DNA from: Centroscyllium fabricii
Lineage: Eukaryota
DNA length: 64,000 bases
Direction of reading: 5' to 3'
Assembly (NCBI GenBank): GCA_051313645.2
Contig: JBNRSN020000002.1
Location: 342,984,001-343,048,000 of the forward strand
Made by a program: the position numbers and the translations under genes. The first letter of the stretch is position 1; each line of letters starts with the position of its first letter. The notes below the pieces were generated by a model that worked only from the letters and a program-made list of their open reading frames with translations, was not told the origin of the DNA and did not search any database. This document shows, piece by piece, positions 22,666 to 33,480 of this stretch.

Positions 22666-23475
22666 TATTACATCTAGTTCCCTCGTCCAGATCATTAATA
22701 TATATTGTGAATAGCTGGGGTCCTAGCACCGATCCCTGCAGTACCCCACTAGTCACTGCCTGCCACTCGGAATAAGACCCGTTTATTCCAACTCTTTGCT
22801 TTCTGTCTGCCAACCAGTTCACTATCCAAGTCAGTACCTTACCCTCAATCCCATGTACCTTAACTTTACACGCTAATCTCTTATGCGGGACCTTATTGAA
22901 CGCCTTTTGAAAGTCCAAGTACACCACATCCACTGGTTCTCCCTTATCTATTTTACCAGTTACACCCTCAAAAAATTCCAGTAGATTAGTTAAGTCCGAT
23001 TTACCTTTTGTAAATCCATGTTGACTTTGTCCGATCCGGTCACTGCTTTCCAAGCATTTTGCCCACTACCGATGTCAGGCTTACTGGTCTGTAATTCCCC
23101 ATTTTCTCTCTAACACCTTTTTTGAATAGTGGGGTAACATTAGCTACCCTCCAATCCATGGGTACAGTTCCAGAGTCTATCGAGTTCTGGAAGATGACCA
23201 GCATTGCATCTACTATTTCTAGGGCCACTTCCTTAAGCACCCTAGGATGTAGATTATCAGGCCCTGGGGATTTATCGGCCTTCAATCCCGTCAATTTCCC
23301 TAACTCCATTTCCCTACAAATACTGATTTATTTCAATTCCTCCCCCTCATTAGACCCTATGTTCTTCGACATCTCTGGGAGGTTATGTGTGTCCTCCTTT
23401 GTGAAGACAGAACCAAAGTATGTATTTAATTGGTCTGCCATTTCTTTGTTCCCCATTATAAATTGCCCTGCTTTC
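22666..23475 (-). mobile_element. CR1 RT fragment, frameshifted
   Basis: ORFs 22658-23053 and 23040-23309 carry CR1 RT motifs closely similar to the 19118-21967 copy. Confidence 0.88.
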
Positions 23476-25231
23476 CTGTGACGTCACACCTTGTTTTTTG
23501 GGCTCCTGGATTTTTTCCTCTCTGCACCAGTTCCCGGCTCGGTCCGCTCCTCCTTGGCTGCTCACAGTGAGTTCAGGCAGAGTGTGAGGCAGAAGGCAGC
23601 CCTTCGAGTGATGAGGACATGGGAGAAGGAGCAGGAAGTGTGAGTGGAGCAGCCGGAGGAGCGGAGTTGGCGGAGGACACAGCTAACAAATGGAAGGCGA
23701 AAAGAGTGCAGGAAGAGACAGAACATTGCAGAGCAGATAACAGGATGGAGATGGTGATAAACACACCGAGCACAGTGGAAATGGATAAAGACATCGGAGC
23801 GCAGCACGGTTTGAGAGCAAAGTTGAGCCACAATACGGCTCGGCTCTCCCTAAAGAATCTGGTATCTGAGGGGGGAGAGGAGGCGGGAGCGGGGTGCGGG
23901 GTAAGTGTAAGTACTTCAAAGAAAGACAGGGAGTCAAACATCTCGGGGAGCAGGAAGGGGCAAGACAAGCAGAGAGGGCAAGAGGCAGGAGCCTTAAAGG
24001 GGCAGCAGGACGGGAGCCAGGAGACAAAGATGCCAGAAGGGAACAAGATAGGTGAAGACATGCCATTGTCCCAGAGAGAGAGAAGAAATGGAGAGCAAGG
24101 GTCAGCAGTGGAGATGAAGCATTAGGGAGCAACACTATTGGAGAAACCATGATAGAAGGAAGACTCTCGAAGGGAGATGTATCTGACGGGGAGCAGGGAC
24201 GGGTAGTTACAAAATAGCTCGAGAGTTGGGAGTCAGAGGGGGACAGAGACATGGAAGTGGGGGGGTGAGGTGGCATCATGTGGAAAGGGAGAGGATAGTG
24301 AGGGGCAGAGGAAGGAGACGGGGCAGCTCCTCAACCCAAACCTAATGTAAGGAAGAGGCTGAAACTGCAGGCAAGGTACAAACAGGAGGTGAAAAAGAGC
24401 CGGATGGTGCAGGAGAAAGCAACAGCTCCCGAAAAGTTGGGAAGGAGCATGAGAGGAGGGAAAGGCTGGAGATTAAATGATGGGGGGAGTTATCAGGCAT
24501 ACTTCCTTTATTAGGAACCATGATTACATTGGTCTCGATTAATGTGAACGGACTGAGGGGTGAGAAGAAATTGCAGCAGTTAAATATAATAAAGAATGCT
24601 CGGAGGGAACCTTTATTCTTGAAAGAAAGAAGAGTTTGATGGGACAATTTCAAATATGAGGTAAAAGTTTTTTTAGTACATTATAGGAAAGAGAGCAGCA
24701 GCAGCTAACCAACATGGAGAAGAGAATATAAACAGAAGGTTTATGGATAACTGTAAAGCAGTTGATGGAAGGGATAGGGAGCAGAGACTAAGTGGATGGT
24801 TTTAAAGGAAGAGTGGGAATTATTGCAAGCTGGAAAATGCAAGGGGGCCATTCTCCAGGCAAAGGTGAAAGATGCATTGGAGAGTGAATGATGCACTAGA
24901 TATTTTCTAGAGCAAGAGAAGCTGCAACAGAGATTATCATAATTGGAAAGTTGAAGGTTGGAGAGAAGATCGTTAATGAAAGGGGGGAGATTTTGGTGGC
25001 GGCTAGTAGCTTTTATCAAGAATTATATACAAAAGAAAACATTTCCAAATTGGCAATGGAGAAGGTTAGTGCTTTCATTGAAGAAGGTTTAAAGGAGAAA
25101 GAGAGAAACGTGTGACAAAGAAGTAGGATTAGCAGAAATAGAAGTAGCAATAAGTGGAATGAAGGTTGGGGGGGAGAGACCAGGTCCGATGGACTAAGGG
25201 CAGAATTTTATAAAGATGTTTTAGAGATTTT

Positions 25232-26010
25232 GGGGGGGATTTCGCCAGAAGGGCGGGAACCTGGCGGGGATTGGTCTGGGCCGCCTCCGCCCGCCCAAAC
25301 AGCTGGGAAGGCCGTGCAATTTTAGTTTAATGAGGTTGTTAAATCCCCGGCGGCGGCAGCGGGAGGTAATTACATCAATCGAGTCGGGCTGCATCGGGGC
25401 TGCGAGCAGCTTGATTGACAGTTCCAGCACTGGTTGTTGACAGTTCCCATGGAAACACTCCACTGTGACATCACAGTGGAGTGGAACCAATGGGAACGGT
25501 CAAGTGCTGGTGACTGACAACTGGGTGGGCGGGCTCAGAATTCTTGACAGCTCGGCACCGGCTGTGAGCAAATGTTCAGACCTGAGATTTCTCAGTTTCT
25601 GCTCACAGCTGCTGCAGCCACAGCAGAGTTACTTACTCCTCTAAGGTGATGGAGCATGCCAAGCATTTGGCAGCATGTCCTTCACACCTCGAAGGAGAAA
25701 GTAATAAGCAGCGCTGTGCTCCTGCTGGGTTTCACCCAGCGGGGTTTAAGGTGACGGGGTTAGGGCGGGAAACAGGGCAAAATGGCCGAGGGCCCTTAAA
25801 ATAGCATTAAGATGCCAATTAAGGTCCCTTAACGAGGTGACAACCCATCCCCGCTGGCCGGTGGCAGGAAGGTTTCAGGGCGGGGAATCTGGGCGGGGGA
25901 AAATGAGAAAGCGGCGGGGATACGGCGGGGGTGCAGGACCTGCCGGTTGCGCTATTTTGCCGGCCGGGCCGCCGAAAACCCCGCCTCACGGGGACATGAA
26001 AATCGCCCCC
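25232..26010. mobile_element. Harbinger-type MITE nested in the Tx1 element
   Basis: Ends GGGGGGGATTTC and GAAAATCGCCCCC; 3-bp TSD TTT; Tx1 coding sequence rejoins across it; homologous to 54085-54880. Confidence 0.82.
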
Positions 26011-26983
26011 TTTAAGTCCATTGCTCTTAGAGGTTTTTAAGGAGATTAAAATTGAGGGAAGCCTGGCCCCATCTTTGAAGAGAGGTATCATAAGCTTAGC
26101 TTATAAAAATAAAGGGGATAGAAGGGATCTGAAGAATTGGGAGGTCCATCACATTATTAAATGTGGATTATAAGATCTTGGCGAGAGTTATGGCAAATCG
26201 TATGAAGGTGGTGATACTGCAGATAGTTTTGCCCTCTCAGTCCTATGGAGTCATAGGCCGAGACTTCACAGACTCGGTGGTCTCAATCCGAGATGCGATA
26301 GAGCTCATGGAAGAGAGTGGGAAGAAGGCGTATGTGTTAAAGACAGAAGAAGAGAAAGCTTTTGATAGGGTCTCTCATGAGTTTTTATTCATGGTTTTGG
26401 AAGCATTTGGTTTTAGGAAAAATTTCATTGAATGGATAAGGATTTTTTATTCAAACATATTAAGCTGTGTCAAATGTAATAGTTTGTTATTCAAGTATTT
26501 TCCAATACAGAGGTCAGTGAGACAGGGTTGTGCCCTGTCCCCATTGTTGTACAGATTGGTAGCAGAACAAGGCGTAGTCGGGATTGCAGTTCCCAGTTCC
26601 GGGCAGGTGTTGGTGATACACCAATATGCAGATGACACAACCTTAATGTTGAAAGATGGGGAGTCAGTGAGGAAAGCTTGGGGAAGATTATTGTAGAGCT
26701 TCAGGAGCCAGAGTAAATTATAGTAAGTCCTAATGCCTGGTTGTGGGAAGGGGTAGTGGGGACTGGTTGGAGGAAAGCCCCTTTAAGGTGGTGGAGGTTT
26801 TGGAAGTTCTGGGGGTACATATAGGTGTAAGAAGGACAGGGATGAAGTGGATCAATTAAATTAGGAACCAAAGGTTATGAAAATTAAAAAGATTTTGGAA
26901 AGATGGGAAAGAAGTTGGTTGAAAGTGAAAGGAAGAGCGACAGTGGTGTCCGCTCTCCTGCTATCTAAGCTGTGGTGTATTGA

Positions 26984-27260
26984 CATAAGAACATAAGAAA
27001 TCAGAGCAGGAGTAGGCCAATCGGCCCCTCGAGCCTGCTCTGCCATTCAACAAGATCATGGCTGATCTGATCTTAACCTCAAATCTACTTTCACTCTCCA
27101 TCCCGCCCCAACCCATGCGATCTCCCGGGAGAGGCGAAAAACCAGACAAAAACCCAGTGGCCAATTTGGGAGACAAAATCTGGGAAATTCCTCTCCGACC
27201 CATCCAAGCGATCAAAACTTGTCCAGGAGATCAAATGGTCGATCTGAACCAAGCCTCACG
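26984..27260 (-). mobile_element. CR1-type 3' UTR or SINE tail fragment inserted in Tx1
   Basis: CATAAGAACATAAG tail, GGCCAATCGGCCCCTCGAGCCTGCT stem, and the GGTCGGAGAGGAATTTCCC...TTTTTCGCCTCTCC block typical of CR1 3' UTRs. Confidence 0.7.
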
Positions 27261-28639
27261 TCCACTTGATGGTGGAGGATATTCCCGAGTGGGCGGAAAA
27301 GTCTTTCTGAGAGGCTTATGTGAGGTTTTTATGGGAAGGGAAACCAGCCTTGGTTGCTTACAATACCATCATTGGACAAAGAAATCAGAGAGGACTCAAT
27401 TTCCCAGATATTGATTTGAAGAAAAAATCCCTTAGAATCAAATGGGTGAAGAGATTTCCTCAGAAGTCAAATACAAGTTTTTGGTGAGTTGTTTTGAGTA
27501 TTTTTTTAAACGAAGTGGGATAGGAGGGCAGGGGATATTCTATTTGGAATACAATAATATGTTTTTGAAATCAATTAAACTTCTCCCTAGGTTTTATAAG
27601 GGTGGTTGTAGAGACCTGGGCCCAATTTTTTAAAAGTGGGCAGTTTATGCCCAAGGGTGCGGAGGAATATTTAGAATAGCCCTTATTTTTGAACAGGTGG
27701 GTCAACATTGAAGAAAAGCTGGTATATATGAAAAAAGATGTATTACATGAGGTAATTCCAGGTTGGTTACTGGAAGTGAAAGTGGGAGGAGGATCAGCAG
27801 GTCGAGGAAAAAGCAATTATGATCATGTATGAGAAGATTGTGAGGTCAATGCAACAGGATTGGATGGAAGAAATAAATGCCCAAATCTCCAAAGGAAGTA
27901 AAATGCATCCCGCTTTTCCAAACTTTCTGGTAGAGAACGGGGAGGAGTTGGTCCAATTTGACAGCTGTAATACTTGAAAGTTTTATGGGGTATTTAGAGA
28001 ATGGAGATTCAAGACATCTGCTGCTCAGGAGTTTGGGCAGAGTATCTACCCACAGCTGGACTTCAACAGAATTTGGAAGGGAGTGTGGGCGAATTTTAAA
28101 TATCCAGAGTGGATTGAAATGGATTTCAAATTGGCTCATAACCGGATTTTTACCATGACGGTAAGATTGGGCAAGTGGAGGTGGCAATTTGCCCAGTGTG
28201 TGGGACACGAGATGTTATGTACGCAGTTAAATGATTTTAAGTACTATGTTCGACAGTTGTGTGAGTTTTTTTTACTGGGTGGGGACCGAAGAGTGAGAAT
28301 GGGAATCCCGTGGGACTCAATTTTGAGATGGGGATTGCAGGAGAGTCTGGCCAAGTCCAGCGGAGAGGCAATTAATTTAATGTTCAGTTTGGCTAGATTC
28401 GTGAAAGAAGGAATGCTGTTTTTTAAAGGGAGGAGAATAAACCTAAAAGAGTATTTTAAAGGGGAGGAGAATAAACCTAAAAGATTATTTTAAATATAAG
28501 CTAAAAGATCATTATAAGGCTCTGTGGATGTTTTATTCAGAAAGAAATTTAAAGATAGTATTTTATGATCAACTTCTAAAGTATAGTAGATTAATATTTG
28601 TTGCGGGAGATAAATTAAACTTCAGGTTTTGATGTTAAT

Positions 28640-29333
28640 GACCCAGAAATTCGGGTTGGAGGCTTCCCGCGTGTGCAAGCCTCCAACCTGCACTGACCTA
28701 GCGCGCCGGCCGTTGAGCTGTGGGCCCGCATGAAATTCCGATGCGGGGCCTTCCTCAACTGCCGGCGCGCTGTGCTCACGTATCTGAGTGGCGCAGATAG
28801 TGCGAGGGATCGCGCGGGATCACGTGGGCCACGGAGAGCCAATCGGAGCACAGAATGCTCCATTCATAAGTTTGACATGTCAAAAGTATGAAAACTACAA
28901 GAGTATCTACCCACAGCTGGGTACCCACAGCATCACTAAATCTTCACATAATTTGTTTTTATCACATTTTTTAAAATAACTATCAATTACATTAAATAAC
29001 TATTTTAAACAATAATTTAAATTTTTGAAAAAATTAATTACAGTTTTGAACGGGGCTAAAAATAAACTTACCTTTCTTTAAAGTATTTAAAAATAATAAA
29101 CCTGTGGAAAAAAAATGTTTTAATTTGAATTAACTCACCACCTTTTTAAAACCAGTCTTTGCACATTAAAAAAGCAGCCGTAACTTTTTCATACTTACCC
29201 GGACACAGAACCTGTAAAAAAAAATCGGAAGTGAATTGGGCACGCGCTGCCGCTCCCGTGCACGCATTCCGACCCCTGACCCCTTCTGTCAGGGGATGGG
29301 AAGGGCCGGTTTCGCACTCATGCGCTGTGCATG
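28640..29333. mobile_element. Truncated Harbinger-type non-autonomous element
   Basis: Starts GACCCAGAAATTCGGG and is collinear with the split copy at 18893-22176. Confidence 0.65.
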
Positions 29334-30090
29334 ATAACTGGGATAGATTAGTGTAAAAGGTATAGAGTGCACAGAATTCTTAAAATGCATTCAGGAGAAC
29401 CTTTTTTAGTTAGTATGTAGCACGCCCAACAAGAGGGGGTAGTTCTGGACTTAGTTTTAGGGAATGAATCTGAGCAGGTGGAAGGGGTATCAGTGGGAGA
29501 GCATACTTCAGTTAGATTTAGCGTAGTTCTAGAAAAGGACAAGGATTGACCAGGTGTAAAAATTCTCAATTCAGGAAAGGTTAATTTTACTGAGCTGAGA
29601 TGTTATTTAGCAAAAGTGGACTGGAAACAGCTACTTGAAGGTAAATTAGTGTCAGAGCAGTGGGAGGCTTTCAAGGAGGAGATAGTGAAAGTCCAGACCA
29701 AATATGTAAGAAAAAGGGTGGGACTCCCAATTCTAAAGCCCCCTGGATGTCAAGGAGCATACAGGTAGGATAGGGAAAAAAGGGAAGCTTTTGTCAGATA
29801 CCAAGAGCTCAATACTGCAGAAAGCCTAGAAGAGTATAGAAAGTGTAGGGGTGAAATTAAAAATGAAATTAGGAAAGCAAAGAGAAGGCATGAAAAATAT
29901 TAGCAAGTAAAATCAAGGAAAACCTACACATGTTTTATAAGTACTTAAAGAGCAAGAGGATAACTAAGGAAAGAGTAGGACCTATTAGAGACCAGAAAGG
30001 TACCCTGTGTGTGGAGGTGAAAGACGTGGGTATGGTTCATAATGAGTACTTTGCATCTGTCTTCACACAAGAGAGGGACGATGCAGACAT
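29334..30090 (+). mobile_element. Degenerate CR1 ORF2 fragment
   Basis: LDLVLGNE...; FYKYLKSKRITKERVGPIRD...NEYFASVFT; stops and frameshifts. Confidence 0.8.
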
Positions 30091-30324
30091 TTTGTTGAGG
30101 AAAGCACTAACTGTTAGCACGCGCTACTTGGCGCGTCTGAATCCTTGCTTATATCCTGGTGCAACGCCCGCCCCCCAGGGCTGCACCCAAAATTGACGAG
30201 CGGTCGCCTAACTAACGTGCAGCGCTGCCAACGCCAGCTTTCACAAACACAGCTGAGGTGATGTGGGGCTGCTGGGGCGTTCTTTAAAGGGACACACTTC
30301 CTCCCTTTCGTGCGGTGGCCATTT

Positions 30325-30590
30325 TGTGGGAGATCGGAGACAGACAGAGGGATGTTAGGAGAGATACAAAGAGAGGCAGAGGGAGGTAAGGGGAGATCGG
30401 AGACAGACACGGAGGTTAGGAGAGTTACAGAGAGAGACAGAGGGAGGTGAGGGGAGATCAGAGACAGACAGGGAGGTGAGGAGAGATACAGAGAGAGAGA
30501 GAGGCAGGTGAGGAGAAATACAGAGAGAGAGAGAGAGGAAGGTGAGGAGAGATACAGAGAGAGGCAGAGGGAGGTGAGGAGACATCATAT
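30325..30590. repeat. GA-rich minisatellite inside a MITE-like element (about 30095-30859)
   Basis: Imperfect units like GAGACAGACAGGGAGGTGAGGAGAGATACA; the host ends in a CCAACTTTTCGGCC TIR-like motif. Confidence 0.7.
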
Positions 30591-30857
30591 ACTGTTTCCC
30601 CTACCCCTTTAAGAGCTGAGCAGCACCAGTATTGCTGGGAAGGCCAGGAGTGGCAGATGGAGCGCTGCGCCCACGCTCGCCACTTAGCGCCTGAATATTG
30701 GCCGATTGCACCCGTGCAACGCTTGATTTAGCGCTGCAATCTGCAAGGCCGGCGCTAAAGCGAACATCGGGGGCTCAGGCGCTAATTTGTGCCCGGCGCT
30801 AATTTTAGCGCGGTGCCGAGGTTAGCGCCCCAAAACGTGCACTGACCAACTTTTCGG

Positions 30858-31857
30858 CCTATGTTCCCCGACATCTCTGGGAAGTTATTTGTGTCCTCCT
30901 TTGTGAAGACAGAACCAAAGTATGTATTTAATTGGTCTGCCATTTCTTTGTTCCCCATTATAAATTCCCCTGATTCTGACTGCAAGGGACCCACTTTTGA
31001 CTTCACCAATCTTTTTCTTTTCACATATCTATAGAAGCTTTTACAGTCAGTTTGTATGTTCCCTGCAAGCTTACTCGCATACTCAATTTCACCCCTCTTA
31101 ATTAATCCCTTTGTCCGCCTTTGCTGAATCCTAAACTGCTCCCAATCCTCAGGTTTGCTGCTTTTTCTGGCCAATTTATATGCTCTCTCCTTGGATCTTA
31201 TGCTATCCCTAATTTCCCTTGTTAGCCACGGTTGAGTCACCTTTTTTGTTTTATTTTTATGTCAAACAGGGATGAACAAATTCTGTAGTTCATCGATGCG
31301 ATGTTTAATTGTTTGCCATTGCGTATCCACCATCAACCATTTAAGTAACGTTCCCCAATCCATCTTAGCCAACTCACGCCTCATACCATCGTAGTTTCCT
31401 TTATTTAAATTCAGGACCCTGGTCTCTGAGTCAACTACTTCACTCCATCTTAATGAAGAATTCTATCATATTATGATCACTCTGCCCCAAGGGGCCTCGC
31501 ACAACAAGATTGCTAATTAATCCTTTCTCATTACATAATACCCAGCCTAAGATGGCCTGATCTCTAGTTGGTTCCTCGACATATTGGTCCAGGAAACCAT
31601 CTCAAATACACTCCAGGAATTCCTCCTCCACAGTATTGTTACTAATTTGGTTAGCCCAATCTATATGTAGATTTAAGTCACCCATGATAACTGCTGTGCC
31701 CTTATTGCACGCATCTCTAATTTCCCGTTTAATGCCATCTCCGACCTCAGCATTACTGTTTGGGTGTCTGTATACAACATCCACTAACATTTTCTGCCCC
31801 TTGGTATGTCTCAGCTCTACCCATACAGATTCCACATCATCAGAGCTAATATTCTCC
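30858..31857 (-). mobile_element. CR1 ORF2 fragment (endonuclease and tether)
   Basis: ESVWVELR...YRHPNS...MGDLN and PWLTREIRDSI...FYRYVKRKR, closely similar to the 19118-21967 CR1. Confidence 0.88.
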
Positions 31858-32021
31858 AATCCCTTATCCGCAACTGCAAAAACCGAAAAGCTCCAAAAAA
31901 TGAAGTTTTTCTTCAATTTATTTAAGAAAAAGATGATTTAAGCTGTAGCAGAAAAAACACATTCCTACCTCGATCTCGTGCTGTTGATGCCATGCTGAGG
32001 AAAAAAACGGCCGATTTCCTC

Positions 32022-32330
32022 CTCCAAACGGTCGGTCTCCCTCCTCCAAACGGCCGGTCTCCCCCTGCAAATGGCAGGTCTCCCCTGCAAACGGCCGGTC
32101 TCCCCTGCAAACGGCCGGTCTCCCCTGCAAACGGCCGGTCTCCCCTGCAAACGGCCGGTCTCCCCTGCAAACGGCCGGTCTCTCCTGCAAACGGCCGGTC
32201 TCTCCTGCAAACGGCCGGTCTCTCCTGCAAACGGCCGGTCTCCCCTGCAAACGGCCGGTCTCCCCTGCAAACGGCCGGTCTCCCCTGCAAACGGCCGGTC
32301 TCTCCTGCAAACGGCTGGTCTCCCCTGCAG
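32022..32330. repeat. 20-bp minisatellite, about 13-15 units
   Basis: Unit CTGCAAACGGCCGGTCTCCC with a CTCTC variant. Confidence 0.95.
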
Positions 32331-32571
32331 GGTCTCCAAAATGGTCGTGGTTTGCTGTGCACTTCACAACATGGTACAGCGTCGTGGCTTGCAGATTCCT
32401 AAGGACCAAGTGCCTGCTCGCATACCCTCCTCAGATGATGATGATGCGGAGGAGGATGAAGACGAGGAGGAAAACGAGCCTGCAGAACACCATCAACCAG
32501 CGCCAGCATTACACGGGAACATTGCTGCTCGGGATGCAAGGAACGCAATCATCCTGGCCAGATTTACTTAG
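32328..32571 (+). pseudogene. C-terminal fragment of a Harbinger (HARBI1-like) transposase
   Basis: RVSKMVVVCCALHNMVQRRG, an acidic tract, then ARDARNAIILARF, matching the PIF/Harbinger transposase C-terminus (CCxLHN motif). Confidence 0.8.
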
Positions 32572-33480
32572 CCTACTCAATCGAAGACTTTGGACTCATA
32601 GCTTCTTAAATGAGCATCGGCAATGGCCAGGAGTATGCGGATTCTTAGCTATTTCTGCAGCATCCTGACAATTGCAAGTACTCATTAGTGTAGGGGGTTG
32701 TCTTGTGGGGGTCAGATTTACCTCTGACTTCCTTGAGCGGATTGAAACGCTCTGATGCCCCTGAGGCTGGGGACACTGCACTTAGGTGCAGCTTTGCGAT
32801 ACACAAAATGCAATGGCCAACAGGTTGACTGCTAGAAAACTGGTTTTAGCACAAAAACCACCACCAAACTTTATGACAGAGAGAAATTCATGAGACGTTA
32901 TCATTTAGCAATAAACTTTATATAACAAAATACAATAACTGGGAATGGGGAAATAAATAGTACATCGAGGGAAAAAACACAATTAAACATGGCTCCCCTT
33001 ACTTGGGCCCACCCCTACTACCGAGCTACATTTGACTATGAGAGCTCAGGGATTCATGCTGGACAGGCCAAAAGTTCTGTCATTGCAGTTTTCACTTTGC
33101 AGATTCTTATCCCTAAGGGTCTCCCACTGTCACGTGGTCGCTCTCCCTCAACAACTGTGCGATACCTGTGACTGACCCAGCTCTGTGTTGTGCTGCTCTC
33201 ACAGAGTTCTGTCTTGCACCCCGCCCTTTCAAACTTTTCCCAGGGACTTCGGCTCATTTTCAGGTCCTCCTAGTAGCTGGTACTGCTTGTCCTGCTGCCC
33301 AGATGCTTCGCAAAGTTTTACTTACGCTCTGCCATCTTGTGTTCAGAATCTCCTGTCTCTGCCTCACTTTGTCATGGAGAATTCTAAAGGCTGCATACCC
33401 CTTACCTTACCACCAAATCCATCAGAAAGTTGTGGCCGAATTTTGGCGGGCTTGCAGAGCTGGTTAGGGCCATTCATTTC

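Larger units (their letters stand above)
23476..28600 (+). mobile_element. Degenerate L1/Tx1-clade non-LTR retrotransposon
   Basis: Purine-rich ORF1 remnants; ORF2 start MITLVSINVNGLRG at 24520 (APE N-terminus); RT DYKILARVMANR...KAFDRVSHEFL...VRQGCALSPLLY...YADD at 26163-26696; many stops and deletions. Ends are approximate. Confidence 0.8.

Noticed and set aside
23573-24279. ORFs of 160-200 aa on both strands
   Set aside because: Low-complexity, degenerate ORF1 region of the Tx1-like element, not an independent gene.
31918-32409. Repetitive ORFs (GRPAVCRGDRPFAGET) on both strands
   Set aside because: These are translations of the 20-bp minisatellite.
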